DNA of 64,000 bases from Eutreptiella sp. 'Long Island Sound 2002'. Its lineage: Eukaryota; Protista; Euglenida. Positions 46,429-58,344 of the stretch are shown one piece after another. How positions within the stretch are numbered: the stretch's first letter is position 1; every line of letters starts with the position of its first letter. The stretch is taken from the NCBI GenBank assembly GCA_964036045.1, contig OZ038378.1, forward strand, positions 156,736,001 through 156,800,000, in the 5' to 3' direction. The notes beneath the pieces were generated by a model, which had not been told where the DNA came from, searched no databases, and worked only from the letters and a program-made list of their open reading frames with translations. The position numbers were made by a program, and so were the translations under genes.

Positions 46429-46995
46429 CTAGCGTGTCACCACATGGGCCCCATAGAACTTGTTATCGATTCGATGATCAGCAGCATCCAGAATTTGGCC
46501 CTCTGCAGCACTTCGCGCAGTTACCGTTGGTGTCAAGTATTCGCCAGAAAAAGAACCCAGGTTGTGGTACGTTGCTTGTTGTGGCACAACCGTTCTTGGC
46601 ACGGTGCCATATGTGCTGCCCACAGAGTAAGTGCTCCCAAAGGGGACACCAACAGAAGGGGCGACGGGCAAACTGGTGGTCGCGGGCAAACTGGTGGTCG
46701 CGGGGATGGTCGTTGAAGTGGTGACTGGGGCGCGGTAAATTTGTGGGGCGATGGTGGTGGCAGTTGTCAAAGGCGTGTGTTGGGTCGGGTGGGCGTTGTG
46801 GGGAACCTGTTGAATGGTGGTAAGGCTAGCGCCGAAGAATTTAGCATCGGTCTTGCCATCGGCACCGTCCAAGGAGTGCACTTCAGCGGGGTTTGACGCT
46901 GCGACAGTGGGTCTCAAAAACTCATCGTGGAAATCCGTCATTTTATACATCTTGGGGGAGTTGTAAACGACCCTGCCGGGTGCGTTGTTAGGCAT
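46429..46995 (-). CDS. 188-aa T/P/V/A-rich protein with two LDxADxxxDxKFxGA motifs (possible cytoskeletal/pellicle-type protein)
   Basis: Clean ATG-to-stop ORF. Motifs SLDGADGKTDAKFFGA and ILDAADHRIDNKFYGA flank a low-complexity core with a PATTSL tandem. Upstream acceptor-like ttgctttcttag / cccgcag. Confidence 0.6.
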   Translation of the reverse strand: MPNNAPGRVVYNSPKMYKMTDFHDEFLRPTVAASNPAEVHSLDGADGKTDAKFFGASLTTIQQVPHNAHPTQHTPLTTATTIAPQIYRAPVTTSTTIPATTSLPATTSLPVAPSVGVPFGSTYSVGSTYGTVPRTVVPQQATYHNLGSFSGEYLTPTVTARSAAEGQILDAADHRIDNKFYGAHVVTR

Positions 46996-49237
46996 ATGAT
47001 CCGGGTACTTGATGCCTGCGGGTACCTAAGAAAGCAAGGATGCGCAGACAGTGGCTTTCATTTTCGCCAAATCGAGAGAAGGCTAAAATTCTTTGCTTCG
47101 AGTATTGCACACAGGCCGAAGGCCCGGAAGAGGACTTTCTCGGTTCACGAAATTAATATTTTTGAGAGCATACCGGGTTGACAATACTTCGAGTCGCAAA
47201 AGCTGGAGTCTGCATAGTGTAGTACTGGATGCCTGGCAGAGCGCACAACAATCCGGAACACGCAGTCGAAGTAGCTGGGAGCTCTTTGCGGTCTCTTGCT
47301 TTCAGAGGGAGGGGCCTGAGTCGACCAATATGGCCACAGAAAACGCAGACAGCCCCCCCCCCCCCCCGGCGGCTGGACCCCACCGCAAAAATTGCACGCG
47401 CGGGCTCTAAGCCTGTGAACCCAAGCAGTCCAGGGATGAAGGCTTTCACATCACGTCGTCTGTGGGTGAACGACTTGGGAATGCAACGGACGTAAACTAA
47501 ACGGAGCAGTTCAGACAAATGTCCCTTTCACCGACGTGTGTGTGTAAGCGGATCTCCTAACGTAGCTGCAGTCACAAACTCCGAAGTCGACGCAGAGCTA
47601 TAAGCAACCACTCGTTGCACAGGCAACCTGCGCCTTGTTTTCACGCGAGTTCCCAACAACACGGTTCGGGGATCGGGGTACGTACTGGTTCAGGGATGGG
47701 GTTCCGGTTCGGGTCCACCGTTCTGGTTTGGCATCTGGGGTTACTGTTTGGGGTCCGGGGTCTGGGGTTCGGGTTCAGGGTCCAAAACCCAAACACAACG
47801 TGCCAATATGAAACGCAATGAAATCTTTTACAGGTGTTTGCGAAATATATATGCACGAATTCAGCAAATATCCAAGAGCTATGCCAGACGAGTTCTCGCT
47901 GTTTTAGGGTGCGAATCATCTCTCCAGTTTTGTGGAGAGGCAACCGTTCGACTCACCTGCCTGAATATGGCGAACTGCAGAGATTGCTTTAAATGATAGA
48001 GTTGCAAAGGATTAAGAAAGTGTATTTTGGAATTGACATTTCACATGGCACCCACAGTACTGCCGTCAAAATTCAACCACTCAAATCCCGCCTGTACACC
48101 AAGGCAAATCGGCCAGGGTACCTGAAACATGCCATGGACTGTGCGTCTGCCCCAAATTGGGGACCATGTCTCCCGCAACCTAAGTTCTGTCTGCACGACG
48201 GTCCAGAAAGGCCCGGTAGCTGATTCCGCGACTTCGATCCTAACTTCGATTTTGAGGCCTACAGAATCACTCAGATGGCCCAAACGAGCAGGAAATCGGG
48301 TTTTTTTGGTATACTGGAACAAAATAACATGCAATGACCTACCGGTGAAGGTCTGTCCCAGAAAATCCCCGCCCCCAACCCTCCGCCCAGCTGTCATGCC
48401 ACATCCCTTGAACTACCAGAACGGCAAGGGTGCAAGGGGCAAGGGGAGGGGGGAGCACGTAGGGCTGAATTGTACACCGTTGGGCAAAGGGGAAGCCAAG
48501 GGCGGAAAAATAGCCGATTTAAGGAATTCAGTGCAACGACCGGCATACGGGTCGGTTTCTCATGCGACCTAGCGCTTATTTTGCCCATCAATGTGGGTGA
48601 TTAGGGGGAGCAAGGCTCGAGGAGTATGCACACACTGGTGGTTTTTGGTAGAATTAGTATTGTGAGAATCGCTACAAAGACTTTTTGAACCGTTGTGTGG
48701 CTGGAATTTTGGTGCCTTGGTCGCAGACGCGGCTTTCAGTCTCAGGTGAGGCTTGATGCCTTGGGGATTTGGATTGGTTTTGCGTCGACCTTCATTATGT
48801 GGTAAATCGATAGGGTGTTCTGGGGATCCGTAAATTGTACCCATCCTTGCTGGGGGCAACAGGGAGGGTTGGGACCTCCGATCCGCATGGATAGGCTTTG
48901 CCAAGTCCCCAATTGGTTTCCCCCACCCACAGCAACTTGCACGGGGCCGTTCGAGCCACTTTTGTCCTTCACGAGGGCAAGGCGCCTTTGCGGATGGAAA
49001 AATAAGGCGGGCGGCAATTGATGTTGATGTATCATGCGATATTTCTTATGTATCGCTCTTTTTCTTGCCGCGATGGATCCAGGTCTCACCGTCTCCTCCT
49101 AGTAAATAAGCACCGTCTTTGTCCGCTCAGTGCTTTCGGAAAAAATTGAGCATGTTGTCGTCGTCTTTGCCACGTTTTCGGCCGGCACCGGAAAGAGAAC
49201 GATGAAAAGGCATTGATTCGATATCCTCTTTTCTCAG

Positions 49238-49506
49238 GGATTCGGGCAAGTGCACAATCGAAGAACCAAACTTGCGCCAGCGACTTGAACATTTGCAATG
49301 GGCACGGTTGTAAAGTGAACGGGAATTGTGCTTGTTGGCAAACCGTTGACCTAGGCTTCTGGAGCGGCGATTTTTGCGAGCGATGCACTTATGGTTGGAA
49401 TGGGGTTTCTTGTTCAACGGTACACACACAATGCAATTTGATATTCGCCGAGTGGGCATCCTTTGGCACGTATGTTCCGAACCCTCCACTCTTGCGGCTT
49501 GATTGA
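49238..49506 (+). CDS. EGF/laminin-EGF-like exon or gene fragment
   Basis: CASDLNICNGHGCKVNGNCACWQ...GFWSGDFCERCTYGWNGVSC. Acceptor cctcttttctcag|. Downstream coding-like frames to ~50100 are broken. Confidence 0.5.
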
Positions 49507-50949
49507 TCTATCGCATGTTGCGCACACCGTCGCCGAATTTGCTTCATGTTGGAATATGGGCCCAAAAGGGATTCCCCCGTTTGGCTTCACGAATGTTTGC
49601 CGCCGCCACTTTCATCGTGACATTCGAGACTAAAATCTTGGCAAACATCGTTCCGGCAATGTGAAGCAGCCGGCATTGTACCATCAAATAATCGGCGATT
49701 ATGATGGGTCTTTGTCCATGCCCGTCACGCGCAAGGTTGTCTGTTGGGTTAGTGAAGTGTTTCGTGTTACCCTCTCAACCCTAATTGAATGGCCCGAGCT
49801 CAAATCCAGGTCGTTTTTCCAACAAACGCGGATTCCTTGCCCGCAAATCAGCTACATTGCTCGCGAACCCAGTTTTACTTGGTTAATGCTTTTGATTCTT
49901 CTATACGGACTTGCAGGGACAGCCAAGATCAATTGCAGTATTACCTCGCACGAGTGATGTTGGTAAATGTTTCTGCGGTGAGGTTTTTGAGCCCATTACG
50001 GAGAGGCACCGTGGGTTTATATCCCGCAACGCAGATGGTTGATTTCCACCTCGTCGGTATGCTCCTTTGCTCGAATGTTCGAAAATTGGAAGGAGGCTCT
50101 TGAAGCCGAAACGGCCCAACAAGATTGCCCCGGCGTTGCCCATTTTGCTTTGGCAACGTGGGAAAACGTGGGTTGACCTAGAGGTGTGTGGTGGAGAGCC
50201 ATATCCCAATTTACACCCTACCAAACCCACCAACAAAATGACCATTTCAGAGACCCACCCCCATTTCGGTGGCCGTTCCCCGACCAAAGCGATAAGAAAC
50301 CCACTTGGAAAATTACACTTTAGGAGACCCACCTCCAAAGTCGAACCGCAACCATGGATCAATGCAAATGGATCGGGGTGGTGTAAACCCCCCACCCCTC
50401 CCCCCAAAATTGATCGCATCATGACTCCAGAAAATTGAACCCTTCCACCCCACCCTCCCCCGTGCCATCTCACGAATGCCATGCTCTCCAAGGGCAGAAT
50501 ATCTAACCTAGCACAAGACCTTAGCAATACCCAAGGAGACGGGGTGGTTGTTGTGGGTACCATGGGGTCCTGTGAAGCACCAAGAGCAGAAGTAGGCTTT
50601 GTTTGGGGGTAATATCCAAATGTAACAAGGCGACCTTTGGACAAATGTGATGTCTTAGAACAAGGCGACCTTTGGAACCTTGGGTCTTTGAAATAAGATC
50701 GTGATGCTTTTCTACCTTGTGGGCCGTCGTGTAGCAAATGCTAGGGGGGGGGGGTGCCAAAATACGTAACAGCACTATCAACCAACACGTCAACCGGTCA
50801 CAACGCGTCCCGGGATGCAAATGTCCTATGACATTTTCACTAAGGCCATGTCCTTTGCATCCGGGTACAGCTGTCTTGTCACGTGGGCTTTGTCGCATTT
50901 CTTTTCTTTCTACATGAAGTGCTTTGTGTCTTGTTTTAACAAGAAGATT

Positions 50950-51459
50950 TTTGCAATTTGGTTTTGAAAATTCCGGGACGTCTCTTGTCCGCTGCATACC
51001 TACGTTGTTGTCACCCCTCCGTGGCCGCGTGGCTAGTGTGCTTTTTGTTGTCAACAAGCTTCCACCCTCCTCCATCGACAACGTCAAGATTATGCCTACT
51101 TAAGCCAATGTATAGTCTTTTTTGCAAAGTTGTTGTGCTTTGCGCGCAATCCAGTTGAGCCCTATAGTAAATAGCATGAAAACCTGAACTCAAACAATCT
51201 TGCCAATGCTTGGAACAAACTTCTAGAGATCCTATTGACTTCTACTTCCACAAATTATCCCGGATGTAGTGTAAGCACGAGGCACCCTTATGACGGGGGG
51301 TTGCTTGAGCATGAGACCTTTGCCCCATCCTTTTATGCAAGAGTTTTGCAACGGGTGCCATGTGGTGACAAGAAACGGATCAATTAGGAGTTGGTGCTTT
51401 TGTGCTTTCTCGGTGTCTATTTTTTTTTTCGGAAGACCATAGTGCAGTGGTTTCTTCAT
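50950..51459 (-). pseudogene. Penelope-like element remnant (RT-thumb linker + GIY-YIG endonuclease)
   Basis: PFLVTTWHP (~51353-51382) resembles the PLE linker LVxTYHP. HAIYYRAQ...KRLYIGLSR (~51100-51178) fits the GIY...YIG spacing loosely. Multiple stops. Confidence 0.45.
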
Positions 51460-52324
51460 TTTGTTTGTCAGCTGCCCTTTTGCCCCGACACTAAGTGCAA
51501 AACCCGGTTGGCCACTTGACGACGGAGTTGGGGTGATTACTCAAGAATAAGTTCAAGTTGTAGTTGTTTGCATCAATGGCCATGTTGCAGCTATTGCTAT
51601 TGCTGGATTTTGTATACGTGCTAGTCGGAGGGTTTTTCATGTTTAGCCCAAGTCGGAGTCGTCAATGCTCGCAAGTGCCTTGTTGTTTGTGGTAATGCGC
51701 GCGCTTTTTGGTGGATCCCCCCCCCGCCCCCCCCACCCCCCCCGGAGGGGGTTCATTCATTCGTTCACTGCGGGAGGGGAGTTCACCACGCATTTGGACA
51801 GCGATCGCATGCGTAATTTTTGCATTGTATTTTGCAAACGAGTAGTGTCAATCACGTCAAGTAATTTCTTCGGACTTGTGCAGTGTTGTGAATTGTTCTT
51901 TCATCGTTATTCTTTCATTGTTGCTGTGTAGGGGTCAAGCACATTGAGGCGGCGCACGGCAAACTAATATCTTTGGTGACCAAAAGCTCTCAAAACTCAA
52001 AGGTGTGTTGAAACGCCGAACCTGCAATTTTGAGGCAATGTAATGAGCCCCCCCCCACAACAAATAATGCAAGTGTGAGCACAACCACATAGATGCACAC
52101 CTCACAAGCCCACACGTGTCACTCTTCATGTGACCTTGCATAATCCGGCACAATGCATTTCGGGAACATGCGTGAGGTTTAGTGGGGACGCGTCACATGC
52201 GCAAAGTTTTTGTGGTACAAGAAGGAATGAACGGCTCGCCGGCTTCCTGGATTTGACGCCAGGTGGTTGTACCGAGCTTGACGCCTGACCATACAAACAA
52301 ATGATTATTTTTGGTACATTCCGC

Positions 52325-52393
52325 AGCGGTGACTTAGTGGTGGTGCACGGGGATGCGGGTCTGCCGGTCGCAGATTCGAATCCCGCGTCGACC
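52325..52393 (+). ncRNA. tRNA-like/SINE-head relic
   Basis: A-box-like tgacttagtgg, B-box-like gattcgaatcc, ends in cca. No proper acceptor stem. Confidence 0.25.
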
Positions 52394-52831
52394 AATGCGA
52401 CGTTTTTATCATTTTGCGTCTCACAAGGGCAAGGTCGACTTGCCGCCATGTTTGGCGTTGTGCCATTGCCGGTTTACCACAAAAGACAAGCATCACTCTA
52501 GGTCTCAGATACATGTTTACCTCCTCGTCAGAGGGCTTAGACTAGAATAGACTATTGCCAAAAAAAAATGGCACTCTAGAGATAGATAGATACTCCCCCG
52601 AGGGAACGTTTCACGTCATCTTATGTTGCTCGGGTAAATTGGGGGGGCATTATTGGACATTTTAATGTGGGCGTGGGATTCCATTTATGACACCACATTC
52701 TGAGTTTGCTTGCAAACAAGTGTGTAATTTGAGGACCCGATTTCAATGCAATGGCTCAATTACTTGCCTGTTCCTCGATTATGATTCATTGATGTTCCAG
52801 ATCCTCGAGCCTAAGACCTTCATTGATCTCA

Positions 52832-53110
52832 CAGGATCACGGTTTCCCCATCCTAGCAATGGTGACAATGGATTTCAATGGCACGACGCGGTACAATTTC
52901 GCTGCTGATGTGTCGTCCGAGGCGCGGTCCCTGATTCGTGGTGTGAAGACGTCCGGCGACCCCAAAGAGCCTGACACGCCACTCAGTCACACCCCCATTG
53001 CGAGTGCCTGGCTCTGGCTGCTGCTGCTCCTGGTACCGGTGTTGCTGCTTGCCTTCGGTATGATGCGCCCCGCCCATGTGCGGTGCCGTGCGTGGCCGAG
53101 ATCGAATTGA
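52832..53110 (+). CDS. Possible terminal exon with a C-terminal transmembrane helix
   Basis: tcacag|DHGFPILAMVTMDFNGTTRYNF...SAWLWLLLLLVPVLLLAFGMMR...*. Confidence 0.35.
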   Translation, partial: QDHGFPILAMVTMDFNGTTRYNFAADVSSEARSLIRGVKTSGDPKEPDTPLSHTPIASAWLWLLLLLVPVLLLAFGMMRPAHVRCRAWPRSN

Positions 53111-53476
53111 GGTATTAGAATGCAAATTCCCGAAAGGGAAGGAATATAAACATGTGTGTGGGAAGAATTCGGTCGGGTGCCCTGTCCCTGTTTTTCATTC
53201 ACAAGGGACGGGATGGTTCCCGGTAGCAAGCCCGCCAATGAAGCTGAAATGCCTAATTGTGTTCGTATGCCTTGAGCCTACTGTTGCGTGCATTTCAATT
53301 GGAGCCCCCCCCCCCCCCCCCCACCAGGCAGGTCATGCGCTCACCATGCACACGAATTCCACTAGAAGGGCCAACTGGACCAATCCGGTGGCAACCACCC
53401 CCCCAAAGGCATGTGTATTGGTCCTGTCAAGAGGATTTCTGGTCCAAGGTAACTACTGTTCTTGGGGGCTGTGGAT

Positions 53477-56420
53477 GGTGTACTACGGCGTACTGAGGCG
53501 TACTAGTGGTATTCCAAGGCGTACTAGGGCGTATTGCGGCATACTCGTGGCATTCCAAGGCGTACTAGGGCGTATTGCGGCATACTCGTGGCGTTTCAAG
53601 GCGTACTAGGGCGTATTGCGGCATACTCGTGGCATTTCAAGGCGTACTAGGGCGTATTGCGGCATACTCGTGGCGTTTCAAGGCGTACTAGGGCGTATTG
53701 CGGCATACTCGTGGCATTTCAAGGCGTACTAGGGCGTATTGCGGCATACTCGTGGCATTTCAAGGCGTACTAGGGCGTATTGCGGCATACTCGTGGCATT
53801 TCAAGGCGTACTAGGGCGTATTGCGGCATACTCGTGGCATTTCAAGGCGTACTAGGGCGTATTGCGGCATACTCGTGGCATTTCAGGGCGTACTAGGGCG
53901 TATTGCGGCATACTCGTGGCGTTTCAAGGCGTACTAGGGCGTATTGTGACATACTCGTGGCATTTCAAGGCGTACTAGGGCGTATTGCGGCATACTCGTG
54001 GCGTTTCAAGGCGTACTAGGGCGTATTGTGACATACTCGTGGCATTTCAAGGCGTACTAGGGCGTATTGCGGCATACTCGTGGCATTTCAAGGCGTACTA
54101 GGGCGTATTGCGGCATACTCGTGGCATTTCAAGGCGTACTAGGGCGTATTGCGGCATACTCGTGGCATTCCAAGGCGTACTAGGGCGTATTGCGGCATAC
54201 TCGTGGCATTTCAAGGCGTACTAGGGCGTATTGCGGCATACTCGTGGCATTTCAAGGCGTACTAGGGCGTATTGCGGCATACTCGTGGCATTCCAAGGCG
54301 TACTAGGGCGTATTGCGGCATACTCGTGGCATTCCAAGGCGTACTAGGGCGTATTGCGGCATACTCGTGGCATTCCAAGGCGTACTAGGGCGTATTGCGG
54401 CATACTCGTGGCGTTTCAAGGCGTACTAGGGCGTATTGCGGCATACTCGTGGCATTTCAAGGCGTACTAGGGCGTATTGCGGCATACTCGTGGCATTTCA
54501 AGGCGTACTAGGGCGTATTGCGGCATACTCGTGGCATTTCAAGGCGTACTAGGGCGTATTGCGGCATACTCGTGGCATTTCAGGGCGTACTAGGGCGTAT
54601 TGCGGCATACTCGTGGCATTCCAAGGCGTACTAGGGCGTATTGCGGCATACTCGTGGCATTCCAAGGCGTACTAGGGCGTATTGCGGCATACTCGTGGCA
54701 TTCCAAGGCGTACTAGGGCGTATTGCGGCATACTCGTGGCATTTCAAGGCGTACTAGGGCGTATTGCGGCATACTCGTGGCATTTCAAGGCGTACTAGGG
54801 CGTATTGCGGCATACTCGTGGCATTTCAAGGCGTACTAGGGCGTATTGCGGCATACTCGTGGCGTTTCAAGGCGTACTAGGGCGTATTGCGGCATACTCG
54901 TGGCATTCCAAGGCGTACTAGGGCGTATTGCGGCATACTTGTGGCATTCCAAGGCGTACTAGGGCTTATTGCGGCATACTCGTGGCATTCCAAGGCGTAC
55001 TAGGGCGTATTGCGGCATACTCGTGGCATTTCAAGGCGTACTAGGGCGTATTGCGGCATACTCGTGGCATTTCAAGGCGTACTAGGGCGTATTGCGGCAT
55101 ACTCGTGGCATTTCAAGGCGTACTAGGGCGTATTGCGGCATACTCGTGGCATTTCAAGGCGTACTAGGGCGTATTGCGGCATACTCGTGGCGTTTCAAGG
55201 CGTACTAGGGCGTATTGCGGCATACTCGTGGCATTCCAAGGCGTACTAGGGCGTATTGCGGCATACTCGTGGCGTTTCAAGGCGTACTAGGGCGTATTGT
55301 GACATACTCGTGGCGTTTCAAGGCGTACTAGGGCGTATTGCGGCATACTCGTGGCATTTCAAGGCGTACTAGGGCGTATTGCGGCATACTCGTGGCGTTT
55401 CAAGGCGTACTAGGGCGTATTGCGGCATACTCGTGGCATTTCAAGGCGTACTAGGGCGTATTGCGGCATACTCGTGGCATTTCAAGGCGTACTAGGGCGT
55501 ATTGCGGCATACTCGTGGCGTTTCAAGGCGTACTAGGGCGTATTGCGGCATACTCGTGGCATTCCAAGGCGTACTAGGGCGTATTGCGGCATACTCGTGG
55601 CGTTTCAAGGCGTACTAGGGCGTATTGTGACATACTCGTGGCGTTTCAAGGCGTACTAGGGCGTATTGCGGCATACTCGTGGCGTTTCAAGGCGTACTAG
55701 GGCGTATTGCGGCATACTCGTGGCATTTCAAGGCGTACTAGGGCGTATTGCGGCATACTTGTGGCATTCCAAGGCGTACTAGGGCTTATTGCGGCATACT
55801 CGTGGCATTCCAAGGCGTACTAGGGCGTATTGCGGCATACTCGTGGCATTTCAAGGCGTACTAGGGCGTATTGCGGCATACTCGTGGCATTTCAAGGCGT
55901 ACTAGGGCGTATTGCGGCATACTCGTGGCATTTCAAGGCGTACTAGGGCGTATTGCGGCATACTCGTGGCATTTCAAGGCGTACTAGGGCGTATTGCGGC
56001 ATACTCGTGGCGTTTCAAGGCGTACTAGGGCGTATTGCGGCATACTCGTGGCATTCCAAGGCGTACTAGGGCGTATTGCGGCATACTCGTGGCGTTTCAA
56101 GGCGTACTAGGGCGTATTGTGACATACTCGTGGCGTTTCAAGGCGTACTAGGGCGTATTGCGGCATACTCGTGGCATTTCAAGGCGTACTAGGGCGTATT
56201 GCGGCATACTCGTGGCATTTCAAGGCGTACTAGGGCGTATTGCGGCATACTCGTGGCATTTCAAGGCGTACTAGGGCGTATTGCGGCATACTCGTGGCGT
56301 TTCAAGGCGTACTAGGGCGTATTGCGGCATACTCGTGGCATTTCAAGGCGTACTAGGGCGTATTGCGGCATACTCGTGGCATTCCAAGGCGTACTAGGGC
56401 GTATTGCGGCATACTCGTGG
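53477..56420. repeat. 41-bp satellite, ~71 units (GGCGTACTAG GGCGTATTGC GGCATACTCGT GGCATTTCAA)
   Basis: Phase is kept exactly from 53518 to 56388 (70 x 41). Only substitution variants seen. Confidence 0.98.
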
Positions 56421-57572
56421 AAAATTTCCAATTTAGAGCAGTGGCTGACGTTCCTCCAAAGTGGGGAGGGTGCGTTCCCGTTTCGACACCCGCCCAGACG
56501 TCCCGCTCTAGCCGCCAATCTTTCGGCCCACAATGAAGGAATTGCGCATGACAGCTCGCCCCATTGGGCTCCCCACCATCATGAACTCTGAATGACATCC
56601 ATGTCGCCCCTTCAGCCGCCGCCGCTTTGGCATGAAAACGGGGAGCACCCCAACACTGTGCTGTTTTGAATCCCTGCAACTGCACCGTACAAACGCAATG
56701 CTGCTAAATCCGTGAAATGATTGCGGCACCAAAAGCGGTGCGTCAATATGAACAACAGCACCCAATGCTTTCACCTCTTCTGAGCCTTTGGGGCGCATTA
56801 TTTTTGTCATTTATGACGAATTTTACAATTTTACTACATCTGCTTGGCACCTCACGCATTTGTTTGGGAGGGCGGCAGCATGGACCATCGCAATCCTTTA
56901 CTCTGCAACCGCACTGGGTTCGAAACGGATGACAACCATTTGGCGTGCAGCACACGGATCCCCCCCTGCAAACAGCCAAACCCCCCTCCAAACAGCGATT
57001 GCTGTGAGTATTGCTCCGTGTTTGGAATGCTGCCTTGATCTTACGCTACAGCGTGGCCGGGCCGTAATTATCTGAAGTCTCGGTGTTTGGCGCAAAAACC
57101 CACAATGATGAAAGTGGACAGCGGGCAGGCGTACGCTGCAATGAAACTCAAGTATGTCCCGTGCGCTTGTGCATTTTTCTGTCTCCACCCCATCCCGTCT
57201 AGAAGCCACCCTCTGATTTCCCCAGTGGGTCGAGGCAGCACCCTGCCCCAAACATGTTCCCTGTACGACGGGGCGTCCAGCGCATTGCTCGGGGACCTAA
57301 GAGAGGCACCCATCTGTACATTTGGGTGCGTTCCTCGTTCTTATCTGCTGCTCTACCTCTTCGAACTGCGTGCGCTTCCTCCCCCTCTGTGTGAAGCGCC
57401 CAGCAGGATAGGGACCATGATCATGAGAGCAGGGACGCCACGTGGGACATGGCGACAAACTGCCCTGCAACCGCATGGTCCGAGGAATGGAACGGAACGT
57501 GGGTCGGGGTGGTCAAGGTCAGAGGGGTGTTCATAGTCATTGTCCGAGCTGATGGGGAGTTGGCAGAGACTA

Positions 57573-57805
57573 CCCCCCGCCCCCCCCGGCCCCTTGCAAT
57601 CCCCCCCCCCCCCCGGGAGACCGTCGCTTGGCCCAAAAAGCACAGGAAACACTGAGGCCGAAGGCGCCGAAGAAATTTTCTTTCGGTCGTCCCAGAATTC
57701 GGGGGAGGGGAGACCGTCCCTTGGTGACCGTGTCCCCTCCCCCCCCTGGGAGACCATCGCGCGCCAGGGGGGGGGGGGGATTGCAAAGGGCGGGGGGGGG
57801 GGGGG
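57573..57805. mobile_element. MITE related to 16986-17576 (C-run...CTTGCAATCCCC / GGGGATTGCAAAG...G-run)
   Basis: Shares cccttgcaatccccc, cccgggagaccgtc and ttggtgaccgt motifs. Flanks are TA (left) and CA (right). Confidence 0.75.
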
Positions 57806-58344
57806 CACGTCAGGGGCAGTGTCCCACCCCAAGACGACCCCTTGGGGCCCCTGCGTAGGTCAGAGCCTTTAGACTTTGGCGGTGGACGGATGCGATCAAT
57901 GCCCACGCCCCTGCCCCTGTGCCGTAGGACCCCGGAAGTGACCGCGGCCGCCGCCGCCCCCCCGACGCTGTTGGCCTGGGCCAACGAGGCGCCGCAGGAG
58001 CCGCCCGAAGTGATCACGCGCACCGACAGCGTCTCCATCGCCGCGGGGGCCACCCCCGTCATGGCCACGTCCGAGGCCCCGAGTACCCCCCCGGCGCCCG
58101 CCGCGGAGCCGCAGGGCAAAGGGACGGAGGGCGTGGACGTGGCCGAGGCGCTGGTGGTCGATGCGCCGCCCCAAGCGGCCCCTCGGAGCCCTCGGCTGAC
58201 GCCCGCGGGCGCCCCGTCCCTCACGGAAATGGAGCACGTCCTGAACCCGCACAGCGTCTCAGAGGGCACAGGTCTGTGGGCCGGACTCATTGCGGGAGCG
58301 CAGGGCCGACGGGAATGGGATTCGATTGTCGGGGGAAGGGGAAC

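Noticed and set aside
47700-47790. Telomere-like GGGTTC/GGGTCC tract
   Set aside because: Short, irregular and internal; not a TTAGGG array.
52325-52393. Functional tRNA gene
   Set aside because: No acceptor stem.
53477-56420. CRISPR array or coding repeat
   Set aside because: No unique spacers; the 41-bp period puts stops in all frames.
56788-57075. Walker-B-like IFVIYDEF (SF3 helicase)
   Set aside because: No Walker A or motif C found in frame nearby.
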